Below are positions 23,398 through 35,515 of a stretch of 64,000 nt of DNA, in pieces. The stretch covers positions 1-64,000 of the forward strand of contig JBJCIZ010000035.1 in assembly GCA_051294375.1 (NCBI GenBank). Reading direction: 5' to 3'. The DNA comes from Paraspadella gotoi. Its lineage: Eukaryota > Animalia > Chaetognatha. Under the pieces are notes generated by a model, which searched no databases, was not told the DNA's origin, and worked only from the letters and a program-made list of their open reading frames with translations. Position 1 is the first letter of the stretch. Each line of letters opens with the position of its first letter. A program made the position numbers and the translations under genes.

Positions 23398-26300
23398 GTT
23401 TGTATCTGCGTTCTGCCTTTGGTAGGGTTACATCCACTTTGTCAGTTAGAAACGCTCAATTGTCATGGTGCATACCCCCCTGGGCATTCTCTAAATATTG
23501 CCTTTTATTTACTAAGGGTAAACAATTTTTTTATCTCGCCAGACGGGCATAGGCATAGGCCCATCTTTGGTGACATTTTGGTTTACTATTGCTTTTTAGT
23601 GACGTAGTCTTCATTGTTGTCACCGTCGTCACGTTTTTTTATTTCGCCAGATGGGCTTAGGCCCGCTCTAGGGTGAGATAATGGATTCTTACTTTCTTAG
23701 TGATGTTGTCATTGTCATCACGCTTTTTACATTTTGGAAATTATCAAATTGTGGGTTTAAAGGAAGCTAAAAATTTAGATATAGCTTCTCAACATCAAGA
23801 TCTTTTAAAATCACATTTTCATATCGATTCAAGTATTTTTTGTTTTAATTTCATTTTTATTATGATTTTCAGCAATATGCAAATTAGAATATAGTACATA
23901 CTACATTAAATTTGGGTTTATGAACTGAAAATTATATACAGCTTCTCATCATCGATGTGCTTAAAATTGAGTCTGGACAGTTATTAAATATGTTTGTTAC
24001 GTTTTATCAAAACAAACAAATTTTCTCTCTTTTATTTTCATATTTCTTTCTCTCTCTCTTTTCTCTTTTAATTACATGTCTCTCTCCCTCTCTCTTTTTC
24101 CTCATCACTGATTCATAGTCATAGGGAAAAAAACGAGTCTGCAGCTGGCTCTGCAGGGCTTATTCTTTTTCTCTCTTTCTCCTGCTGCTTCTGCTGCTGC
24201 CTTTTGAGTCTGCAGCTGGCTCTGCAGGGGCTTATTCTTTTTCTCTTTTTTCTCCTGCTGCTTCTGCTGCTGCCTTTTGATTTCTTTCTTTTCTCTCTCT
24301 CTCTCTCTGCGTTTTTATTAAAAAAAAATTGAATTAGGATTGAACTCGTATAATTAGGCATCGCATTCCTGCATGTTATCATTTGCTATCGCAACATCAG
24401 GTTTTTTTTTTTCCTCAGGGGCTGCGTCTGCTGATTAATTTATTTTTTTGATAATGAAATTTTTTTTCTTTTTTTTTCAGAAACTGTAATTTTAATTTAT
24501 AATTTATAAAATATAATTTTTCTTTCTGTTTATAAATTAATTTTCTTTTCTCAAATTTTATTTTTTTTAGTATCAAAATTTGTCGTCAATCCATATTTTT
24601 CTTATGCTATTGCGACGATCCTTATGCTTTTAAGATTTTTATTATTATTATATATACTAATTTGCTTATTGTATTAAGTCATAATAATAAAGAAATTCAT
24701 ACAAAAAATACTTAAATCCATTTTAAACATGATAATTTAAAAGATCTTGATGAGAAAGCTATATCTAAATTTTAATACAAATTAAAATACACACTTTAAC
24801 AACTTCCCATTGTAAACAATTGTAACAATTTTCAATTGTACAACAATTGTAACAATTTTTTTTGGTCCTTTAATTTCTTTAAATTATCTCGCTGCCTCAT
24901 CTGATTCGTTTAAAAACTAGTTGAGCTCTGCAGCGGCTGGACTTCTCTCTCTCTCTGATATTGGAAGTTTAATGTTTCCTTGTTACTTGATATTGAGTAT
25001 ATTCAACTGGTTAGGGAGACATGGGAAGATTTAAGCAAGGTAAGGATGAGTTTGAGAACATAGGGGAATGGTGGGACTGTGGCAAATCTGTTTTAGCGAA
25101 GTGTTACTATAGATTATGCAAGAAGAAAGAGATTAAGAAAAAGAGAAAGGTTGAAAATGAAATTCAAAATGGTCACTATTGGTCAGGGATATTTTTACCG
25201 TTCGCAATCGCTAAGCGTTTGCGACGATATTGTATCGCTTTTGCCCATAAGTGCGTCGTCGTTGTCGTCGGCGTTCCAAATTATAGATCGCCTTTTTTAT
25301 GATTAAATTTAGATGTATGAAGCTGAAAATTTATATACAGCTTCTCATCATCGATGTGCTTAAAATGAGTCTGGACAGTTATTAAATATGTTTTGTTTAG
25401 GTTTTATCAAAACAAAAAAATTTTCTCTTTTATTTTCATATTTCTTTCTCTCTCTCTTTTCTCTTTTAATTACATGTCTCTCTCCCTTCTCTCTTTTGCC
25501 TAGTCACTGATTCATAATCATAGGCGAAAAAAAACGAGCCTGCAGCTGGCTCTGCAGGGGTTTATTCTTTTTCTCTCTTTTCTCCTGCTGCATTCTGCTG
25601 CTGCCTTTTGATTTCTTTCTTTTCTCTCTCTCTCTCTCTGCGTTTTTATTTAAAAAAAAATTGAATTAGGATTGAACTCGATTAAATTAGGCATCGCATT
25701 CGTGCATGTTATCATTTTGCTATTTTTTCAGAAACTGTAACTTTAATTTTCTTCCGTACTTTATTATTTTTTTTTATTGACAATCGCAAAATAGAATTTT
25801 TCTTTGTTTATAATTTAATTTTCTTTTCTCAAATTGTCTTTTTTTATTTTCATCAATCCAGATTTTTTTTTTATGCTATTGCGACAATCCTATGCTTTTA
25901 AGATTTTTTTAATGAGGATCATTTGGCTTATTGAAAGAAAGGTTAGCAGAGAAAGAAGAGAGGAAGGCTGAGGGGCAAGGATAACGTCGAGGGCAAGCTC
26001 ATTTTGAGACGAGGGAACCGGGTTTAGCTTATTTTAGTAAGGTTGAGAAAATGAGATTTAATGGTAGTTTAATTTATGCATTAAAAGATAAGCAAGGTCA
26101 GGTTAGGAAAGGGACAGAGGGCGTTCTTCATGTTGCTCATGAACATTATTGTGAGAATGTTTAGTAAAGGTAGACCGTTGAAGCTAAACTCGGATTTTCA
26201 AAAAATCTTGCAGATATGATCACTAGGGTGAAGTGAAGGTTTGGAATCAAATTTAGCAGTTATATCTTGAAAACTATTATATTAGTGAATAATAATCTAT

Positions 26301-28396
26301 AGTTATTTTTCTTTTTTATAAATATAGTAGCCCAGGCAGCTAATTTTGTATATAATGTATATTTTATATATATATATATTATTATTATATATTATATTAT
26401 ATTATATATATTATTATTTATATATTTTATATATAATGTCAAAATTTAAAAATGGTTTTTTTTAATTCTGAGAACAGATTCATATTCCTTGTTAAAAGTT
26501 GTTAAAAGAAAATATAAATCTTTTTTTAAAAATTATGTCATTAAGTAGGTTAAAATTATAAAAAAGTTTGAGCAAACAATGTCGGATCTGCCTACAATAA
26601 TTAAGCGGTTGTAGAAGGCGATAATATAGGTAATCAGATGATAAATCACATTTTTTTATCAATCATATTTTTTCAACTCGCATCATTTTTTCAACTCACA
26701 TCATTTTTTCAATTTGCATCATTTTTACAATTCACATCATTTTTTAACTTGCATCATTTTTTTAACTTGAGCCATTTTTATGATCATTTTTAGTTCTGAA
26801 TCATCGGGAAAAAAAACTAGTCTGCAGCTGGCTCTGCAGGGGCTCTTTCTTTTTGTCTCTTTTCTCCTGCTGCTTCTACTACTGCCTTTTGATTTTTTTG
26901 ATTTTTTTCTGGCTGCCTCTGCTGCTGCCGCTCTCTCTATCTCTCTCTCTCTGCGTTTTTATTAAAAAAAAAATTGAATTAGGATTGAACTCATAAAATG
27001 AAGCATCGCATTCGTGCATGTTATCATTTTGCTATCGTTTTATCTCTCTCTCTCACTCTCTCTCTCTATGCAATTGCGACGATCCTTATGCTTTTAAGAT
27101 TTTTTCAACTTGCATCATTTTTTCAACTTGCATAATTTTTTTAAATTGCATCATTTTTCACATTAATTAATTAATTAAACATTAAGTAATCAAAAATAAT
27201 AAAGATTCAAGTAAAGTGACTTATGTTTTTTCCATTTAAACTCATTTCCACTGGCACAATTCAGTCAAAACTTTATATCTCGCTTCTTCACACACTTTCC
27301 TACCCGCTTACAAAATTTCATCTTAATCTATTATGGGTTAAAATAAGTAAAAAGATTCAAGTAAAAATTTCCGGGTCCAATCAGAGAACACGAGAATTCT
27401 GAGATGTTGCAAAGCTGGAGGATCGAGTAATTTATTGTCTGGGTGAATATAAAAGAAAGNNNNNNNNNNNNNNNNNNNNNNNNNGATCGAAGGGGAGAAA
27501 AGTAAGAGAAAAATTTGAAATTTTTATGTGAGAATTTCAAAATTCTTGTTGACCACTTTGCAAATTTTCCATGAGAATTTTTACTCTTTACTCTAATTTC
27601 TACAAAAAATTTGTAAAGAAAGAAAAGAAGAAAAATAGTAGAAAAATTCGAAATTTTCCGTCGTCTTGGTCAGCAGAAAATTTGAATTTTTCTCAGCTGT
27701 AGCCAGACGAGAATGACCTGCTGTCCTTTGGTAGGAATAATAACTTTTTTTTTGCCCGCAAAGATTAAAACTCGTATATGTCTAGATCACATTCTTTCTC
27801 CAAGAATTTTTTGTAGAATTCGGAAAAGAGTGAAAAATTCAACGGAAAATTTACAAAGTGGTCAAGGAGAATTTCGAGACTCTCACGCTTCGGCCACAAA
27901 GAAAGTTAAGGAAATAACTTGTAAATAATTACAACAATCATTACAAATTTTCCGTCTTTTCTACAAATTTTTTTCTAGAATCCGGAGTGAAGAGCAAAGT
28001 TTTAGCCGGAAAATTTGCAACTCGCTCAAGGAGAATTTCGAAATTCTCACAGCCAGACCACATAAAGAAACTAAAGGACTAACATATAACTATCTACTTC
28101 CACAAATCTTTTCTAAAACTCTGAGTCTAGCTCGAACTTCTGGCCGGAAAATTTCCAACCTGGTCGAGGAGAATTTCGAAACTCCCACGGACTACCCCTT
28201 CACTACGGACACTAACATATATTACTGGTCAATTCTGCTCTAACAAAAGTAATATTGATTAACCTGGTCTCATATACTACTGTGACCGTGTGGATAGACC
28301 GTCTCGGAGAAAGAGAAGAGAGGAAGGGTTTAGAGAGAGAGAACGGTGGTAAGTCGCCTCAATCTTTAATTAATAGTTTTTCATTTCTTAAATAAG

Positions 28397-28592
28397 GCGC
28401 AGCAGCGAATAAACCAAAAAGAAGAAGAAGAATACAAGCGGCGTGTGTATCAAATGCGTCAAGTTTTACGCGACTACCGAAAACGTCGTGCCTTGTCAGG
28501 GAGCGGCGTCGGGTTTAACACTACGAAATCGGTAGACGCTGATCCAATCGCCGACATTCGGGACGATAGGCACAGCAACGTTTGGACCTCAG
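28397..28592 (+). CDS. SLC30A9: Zinc transporter 9 exon (coiled linker)
   Basis: aag|AQQRINQKEEEEYKRRVYQMRQVLRDYR...NVWTS|gt; phase 0 in, phase 1 out, fitting both neighbours; alternative donor after 28595 possible. Confidence 0.8.
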
Positions 28593-29492
28593 GTGGTAGG
28601 CTTCATCCTCTATCTTTACTACTGCATTTTTGGAGATTGCATAAGGTCGACTCACTTTGACGCTGATGACGCCATCTATCTTTAACCAAAATTGGCGATT
28701 TCTTGTTGTTGCAATGATTGTTTATTGTTTATTTATGATTGTTGGTAAAAGCGATTGTAAACCAACTTGCTTGGTTAATAGATAAAACCTTACTGAAATA
28801 ATCAAAGCATATACAGTAGGCCTTAGCAAATTTTTATAGCTTTTTTACAGAATTTAGCACTATAGTACAAATTAGTTCCCTATATGCTACTAGTTTTTTC
28901 TATCTTTTTTTGTTTGTTTAAAAATCGATCAATAAGTGCTTGCAAAAATTTGCAAAAAAATTTAAAATGATAGATAACTTAAAAAATATCAGTCGGAATC
29001 AAATTTAACCTTCAACTTAAAGAGCGGACAAAATACTTCATTTTACATATTTTATTTTTAAAAAACCAAAAAAATACTTTTCCAAATTTCCAATTATAGA
29101 TGTTTAAAAAAAATTTTCAGCATCTTTACATTTTTTATTTTCCTTAACTTTGAAAATAATGTAAAATAAGGTATAAAACAGAATAAATCCACTAGAGTAA
29201 ACTTTGGGCTTTCTATTCTATTTTTTCTATTTTTAAAAAAAATTTAAAAATATTTATTTATTACTTTTGTGTGTGTGCTTACAATTTGAATGTTTATACA
29301 TCTATCATTCTAAAATTTTAGCCTATTATATACTTATACTATATATAGAGCACACTGGTGCCCATTAATGTATGAAATTAAAAATAAATATACCAAAGTA
29401 TTTTTAATGGTTTTATGTTCATGTTTTATATGCTAAATTTTAATTTTCTAAAATTTCATCATTTTCACATCACTCTAATAAATAGTTTTTTT

Positions 29493-29920
29493 AGTCGGAT
29501 CTGCTTTCAGCAGATCCCGACTCTATAATTCACTTTGTCGGTCCGTCGGTCCGCCCCCTCAATCTTGTCGGGCATTCACTTATATCATGTCAGAACATCA
29601 AATTATGATATATTATCCAAAAAAAACGATGTCCGTCCGTCCATCCGTCTGTCCGTCCCACCTTAGTAAAAAACACAAGATGTATTACTTAATCAAATAA
29701 TTAATTAGTCAATTAATTAATCAATAATTGATTAATCAGTTAATTAATCAATCAAAACAACCATTTTGGATCAAATTAATTGCATAATTAATTAAATAAT
29801 TAACTTGAATAAATTAATTATTAATTAATTAAATAATTATTTATTTATTAATTAATTAATTAATTAATTAATTACCGATAATGATTGTGGGCAGATCCGA
29901 CATTGTTTGCTCAAACTTGT
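29493..29920 (+). mobile_element. Short complete HINE family A copy
   Basis: 5' hairpin, GTCC repeat, 3' gcagatccgacattgtttgctcaaacttg. Confidence 0.8.
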
Positions 29921-30074
29921 ACTTTTAAATTCATATTTAACATTGAAAAAATCTGCATGTGTTGGCAAATGATAGCGTTTTTTTACCGGCTCTTGTAAAC
30001 TTGTATTGTGTATTCATACATAAAACTTAAAAAGCTTATCTTTATTGTTGTTGTTACACACCTTTTGACAACAG

Positions 30075-30211
30075 GCACAGGACGCGTGGTAGTTGTCGCC
30101 GTGGGTATCAATTTGTTGAACTCTGGTGGAAAACTTGCAGCGTGGTTTTTAACTGGGAGTCACGCCATGTTCTCAGAGGCCGTACATTCACTCGCTGACA
30201 CCTGCAACCAG
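30075..30211 (+). CDS. SLC30A9: Zinc transporter 9 exon (TM1-TM2)
   Basis: GTGRVVVVAVGINLLNSGGKLAAWFLTGSHAMFSEAVHSLADTCNQ, containing the CDF signature SEAxHSxxD; ag/gt boundaries. Confidence 0.95.
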
Positions 30212-30285
30212 GTTCTGTCTTAATTTTACCTAGATAAATGCTCCTCTCGCTACGGAAGAATTTTTAACTCATTTTGTTTGATCAG

Positions 30286-30422
30286 CTGATACTGGCCGTC
30301 GGTCTTTCCCAGTCGCTCAAGCAGCCCGACTTGGAGCATCCTTATGGCTACGTCAACATGCGCTACGTTAGCTGTCTCATCAGTGGAGTGGGGATATTTT
30401 GCGTCGGCGCGGGACTTAGTTG
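30286..30422 (+). CDS. SLC30A9: Zinc transporter 9 exon (HPYG loop, TM3)
   Basis: LILAVGLSQSLKQPDLEHPYGYVNMRYVSCLISGVGIFCVGAGLS(W); 74-nt upstream intron. Confidence 0.95.
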
Positions 30423-30789
30423 GTCAGTTTCAATCACAAGCGATCAGATGATAGCTTGTGCGTCAATCAAAAAGTTGTAAAATTTTTTTTCTTTGGGCTT
30501 GTGCGAAATTTTTTAAATTCTGTTCCTTAGTGCTGTTGTTCTCGTCATATACTTTTACAATTTACAATATTTATTATTTAGTTGTAAAAAGCTTAATTTG
30601 ATTATCCAAATTTTCATCAAAGTCTTAAATAAATCATTGTATGATTATGAAAATTATAGTTTATTTGAATAAGACATAATGAGACCTTTTCTCTTCAGCT
30701 TAATCAAAAGTTTAGTCAGGTTAACCTTTCTTTCTATGATTTTTATCTCTTCTTTGTGCCGTCGTCGTTATTACGGTTTATAATTTTTT

Positions 30790-32061
30790 GTCGAATCTGC
30801 TTATCAGCAGATCCCGACTCTATAATTCACTTTGTCAGTCCGTCGGTCCGCCCCTCAATATTGTCGGGCACTAACTTATATCATGTCAGAACATCGAATT
30901 ATGATAAATTATGCAAATAAAATGATGTCCGTCCGTCTCTCTCTGTCTGTCCGTCCGTCCGTCCATCACACCTGAGCAAAAAACACCAATTACTCGTGAT
31001 TGGATGGATGGATTTGAATAAAATTTTGAGTGTGGGTAGGGATGTGTGTGATTGAGTTGGATATGAAGTTTCGATGGAATCGTCCAAGTGGAAATGAGTT
31101 TAAATGAAAAAAACAAAAAAAATATGTTTCACTATTTGAACACCAATTGCTCATAAGTGAATGGGGAGATTGACCTGGAATTTTGTATGTGGGTAGGAAA
31201 GTTTGTGATTGAACAGGAAATCAAGTTTTGATGGAATCGTTTGAGTGGAAATGAGTTTAAATGGAAAAAAAAACCTGTTTCATTAATTGATTATGCTTCT
31301 TTTTCTTTTTATATTAAATGTATATGCAGGATGTATTAATAAATAAAATAATTAATTAGTTAATTGGTTGGATTGGAATGAAATTTTGTGTGTGGGTAGG
31401 TAAGTGTGTGATAAAGCTGGATATAAAGTTTTGATGGAATCGAGTGAGTGGAAATGAGTTTAAATGGAGAAAACATAAGTTGCATTTACTAAAATCTTTT
31501 TACTTATTTTAACCCATAATAGATTGAGATAAAATTTTGTGAGCGGGTAGGAAACTCTGAAATGGCTAGATATAAAGTTTTGACGGAATTGTGCCAGTGA
31601 AAATGAGTTTAAATGGAAAAAACATAAGTCCCATTTACTTGAATCTTTATTATTTATGATTACTAATAAATGTTTTAATTATGCAAATTAAAAAAATTAT
31701 GCAAAAAATCTTAAAAGCATATTGATCGTCGCAATCCTAATGCAGAAGCAGCAGGAGAAAAGCGATAAAAAGAAAGAGCCCCTTCGGAGCAAGCTGCAGA
31801 CTCTGTTTTTTTCCTGATGAATCAGCACTAAAAATGATCATAAAATGATGCAAGTTAAAAAATGATGCAAGTTAAAAAATGATGCAAGTTAAAAAAATGA
31901 TGAGAATTGTAAAAAAGATGCAAATTGAAAAAAATGATGCGTGTTGAAAAAATGATGCGTGTTGAAAAAATGATGTGTTGAAAAAATGATGTGTTGAAAA
32001 AATGATGCAAGTTGAAAAAATGATTGTGGGCAGATCCGACATTGTTTGCTCAAACTTGTTT
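30790..32061 (+). mobile_element. HINE family A copy with internal ~17-19-bp tandem array
   Basis: 5' hairpin at 30790, GTCC repeat, (tgcaagttgaaaaaatga)n at 31845-32025, 3' end at 32028-32061. Confidence 0.75.
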
Positions 32062-32252
32062 ATATAAAAACTACTACGAATTACAATTGATTTTTAAAAA
32101 ATACTTGAATCAATATGAAACGTGATTTTAAAAGATCTTGATGATGAGAAGCTATATCTAAATTTTATTAGAAATAAAAATACATACTTACAACTTCCAA
32201 TTGTAAACAATTGTAACAATTTTTTTTGTCTTTATTTCTTTTAATTATTAAT

Positions 32253-34178
32253 TGAATCTGCTTTCAGCAGATCCTGACTCTATAATTCACTTTGTCGGTC
32301 ATCGTCCGCCCCCTCACTATTGTCGGGCACTCATATCATGTCAGAACATCGAATTATGATAAATTATGCAAAAAAAACGATGTCCGTCTAGGGTTCCGAT
32401 AACCGTTAATTTTTGAGAAATTTCGCTTAACCGTTAAAACTAATATTTTTAACGGTTAACCGTTAAAAATCGGTTAATTTTATAATTTAACTTTAAAATA
32501 TTATTATTTAAATCAAACTAAAGTATTTAATGGTATTTTATCTTTAACTCTTGCACCTGAATCTGTTTTATCTTTTATTTCAGATAGATAGGTACACATT
32601 TTAGTTAGTAAATTAAAAATTAGTTTGAATTCTACCTATGATAATTTAGCTAATCAGATAATGCATCGTGATAAATCTTACTTACAAAACTTTTTCTTTT
32701 GCCTCATAGCATAATAAAAAATATATAAAAGGACAAAGAAAGAAAAAACCACAATGTAATTCTAATTCTATGCTTTGTTTTTTCTTTGTCTCTCTCTTTT
32801 TCTTACATTATATGTCTTCATTATTTTTCTAGTTGTTAGTTTCTTGAACGCTTTGTTTTCTGTTTTTATTTTTTCATAAGCCATAACCATAAATATAAAT
32901 TATGAATATTAATTTTTTGATTGAATGTTTGATTGATCGATTGATCCAAAGATTTATTGATTATTAAATATTTTTTTTCAGTTTTATTAAAAAATATCAT
33001 GATTGAAGGATAGTTTTAGTTAGCCATTTTTAGATTAGTTCCTTTTATTATTAATTTTTTATTTACATTTATTTTTATTTGGTTTTTATAATTTTTTCAT
33101 TCATTTTAGTTTTATTTCATTTGCTTCTTTGTTTGTTTTAAAAGGGTGAAACAAAAAATAACAAAATAGGATATATTATTTTATATAAGAATTTAATTTG
33201 CAAGAAAATGTTTACAACTATTTGCATGTGCATATATATTATATTTCAATATATTCTTTAATATAAATGCATAAAATTAATTTGTAAGGAAAAACTTTAA
33301 AAAATTGGGAGAAAATAAGTAAGAAAAAGAAAAAAACACTGGAAGGGAAGAAAAAAATGGAAAAGAGAGAGAGGTGAAAAAATATGGTGAGAAAAGGAGG
33401 GGAGAATAAGAGAGGACAAGAAAAAAATATTTTTCTTTTAAAAAAATCAAAGATTTTATACCAAAAAAAAAAAATCATATTTTAAAAATTAACCGAATTT
33501 AACCGTTAAAATAAATATATTAACGGTTAGGTTAAAATTATTTTTAACCGCTAAAAACCGTTAACTGTTAACGGTTATCGTAACCCTAGTCCGTCCGTCC
33601 GTCCCTCTGTCCCACCTTAGCAAAAAACACCAATTACTCGTGATTGGATGGATGAATTGGAATGAAATTTTGTGTGTGGGTAGGGAAGTGTGTGATTGAG
33701 TTGTATATAAAGTTTCGATGGAAATGTCTGAGTGGAAATGAGTTTAAATGGAAAAAAATTACAATTACTCATGAGTGGATTAACTTGAAATTTTGTATTT
33801 GGGTAGAAAGGTATGTGATTAAACTGGAAATCAAGTTTCGATGGAATCGTTTGAGTGGAAAAAAACAAAAAACCTGTTTCACTAATTGATTATGCTTCTT
33901 TTTCCTTTCATATTAAATGTAAATGCAGGATGTATTAATAAATCAAATAATTAATCAATTATTCAATTAATTAATCAATCAAGTCAATTGTTATCGACAT
34001 TATTCTCGTCATTGCTTTTATCGTGGTTAGTGACGAAAAGACCTAAAAACAAACATTTGGGATCAAATTAATTAATTAATTGCCTAATTAAATAATTAAC
34101 TTGAATTATTTAATTATTAATGAATTAATTACCGATAATGATCGTGGGCAGATCCGACATTGTTTGCTCAAACTTGTA
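32253..34178 (+). mobile_element. HINE family A copy interrupted by a TIR element
   Basis: 5' hairpin at 32253; GTCC repeat split at 32388/33589; 3' end at 34147-34178. Confidence 0.75.
32389..33588. mobile_element. 1.2-kb non-autonomous TIR element (TAGGGTT.CGATAACCGTTAA)
   Basis: ~21-bp TIR with 1 mismatch, subterminal AACCGTTAA repeats, 7-bp TSD GTCCGTC; duplicate at 41696-42915. Confidence 0.85.
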
Positions 34179-34719
34179 TATATATCTCTCTTTTTTTCTC
34201 AGTCGCTGCTGCTTCTGATTCGTCTAAAAACGAGTTCAGCTCTGCAGCGGCTGGACTTCTCTCTCTCTCTTTTTCTCTCTCACTCAAACACACATTTGTT
34301 TGTTTTATTTACGATGAGTGACTCATTGCGTCAATGAATAACTATCATCGGATCAATCATTTGGTTATCATCGCATCAATTATTGGTTATAACATCAATT
34401 ATTGGTTATCGGTTATCATCGCATCCATATTTGGTTATCATCACATCAATAATCATTAACTATTACATCAATCAATTACTATTATATCAATCAATCAATT
34501 ACTATTACATCAATCAATCAATTACTATTATTATAATGCATAAAAAAATATCATCAGATCCCGACTCTATAATCCACTTTGTCGGTCCGTCGGTCCGCCC
34601 TCTCAATCTTGTTGGTCATTATAAGGAATAGGCCTCTGTCTCTCCGTCTTCCTCCCCTTCGTCTTCTCGCTTTCTTCTCCCTCGTCTTCATCAGTTTAAA
34701 AATTTTTCTTATTGTTATA

Positions 34720-34751
34720 CATTACACAATGTAAAGATTTTGCACTGTTTT

Positions 34752-34787
<36 letters not shown>

Positions 34788-35075
34788 TTTTTCACCATTT
34801 CACTTCTTTTCACAACGTACTCTGTCTTTTTCTCAACTTCAGCCTGTCCTCACCAATTGACCACTGTCCTTTCTAAACTCTGTGTTGGAAACTTTGCCCT
34901 CTCTCTCTCTCTGTTTATCTCTCTTTCTCTCTTCCTTTACACAAAAATATTTTCAAAGTTCACTAACGCTGATGAAGGCTTGAAATGAAGCCGAAACATG
35001 TCTGTTTTTGAATTAAATAAAATCGTTGTCAAAACTAAACTCAAACTGTCTCTAATCGTCCCAAACAACGAAAAG
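34720..35075 (+). mobile_element. Short non-coding Penelope pLTR-like / retrozyme-like element
   Basis: (CT)n tracts, conserved core shared with 57770-58110, 3480-3680(-) and 1100-1185(-); ends with hammerhead motif plus AATAAA. Confidence 0.6.
34959..35012 (+). ncRNA. Minimal type I hammerhead ribozyme (Penelope-type)
   Basis: ttcactaacg-CTGATGA-a-GGCTT-gaaatg-AAGCC-GAAAC-AT-GTC-tgtttttgaa: intact core, 5-bp stem II, palindromic ACATGT stem III, stem I aacg/tgtt plus ttca/tgaa; predicted cut after 35002. Confidence 0.8.
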
Positions 35076-35107
35076 AAAGGATTAATATCACAATGACAAA
35101 GTTTACA

Positions 35108-35515
35108 AAATTATGCAAGTTGACCAAATTATGCAAGTTGACCAAATTATTGCCAAGTTGGAACCAAGTATATGCGGCCCTTGAACCAAATTATCATGCC
35201 AATTTAGTTGCACCCAAATTATGCCAGCTTGCACCAAACTATGCAAGTTGACCAAATTATGCCCAGCTTGACCAAACTATGCAAGTTGACCAAATATGCA
35301 AGTTGACCAAACTATGCAAGTTGACCAAACTATGTAAGTTGACCAAACTATGAAAGTGGACCAAATTATGCAAAGTTGACCAAATTATGCAAGTTGACCA
35401 AATTATTCTGCAAGTTGACCCAAATTATCCCAGTGACAAAAAATTATCCCAGTTGACAAAATTATCCCAGTTAACAAAATTATGCAAAGTGACCAAATTA
35501 TGCAAAGTGACCAAA
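35108..35515. repeat. 18-bp minisatellite (CAAGTTGACCAAATTATG)n
   Basis: Direct tandem repeats. Confidence 0.9.

Larger units (their letters stand above)
12705..28592. repeat. ~8-kb near-identical tandem duplication (12705-20570 vs 20697-28592)
   Basis: Colinear copies differing mostly by 1-bp indels; a 25-N gap lies in each copy. Confidence 0.9.

Noticed and set aside
28334-28348. 15-nt in-frame microexon (ag|RERTV|gtaagt) before the SLC30A9 linker exon
   Set aside because: Direct splicing from 15357 to 28397 already gives the spacing to the conserved EY that I recall for ZnT9; the acceptor context is purine-rich and the upstream sequence resembles a repeat at about 2885-2920
28660-28705. 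CTGATGA-CGCCA...TGGCG hairpin as a hammerhead
   Set aside because: No GAAA after the stem (reads ATTTC); the CTGATGAAGAC at about 6103 also lacks GAAA
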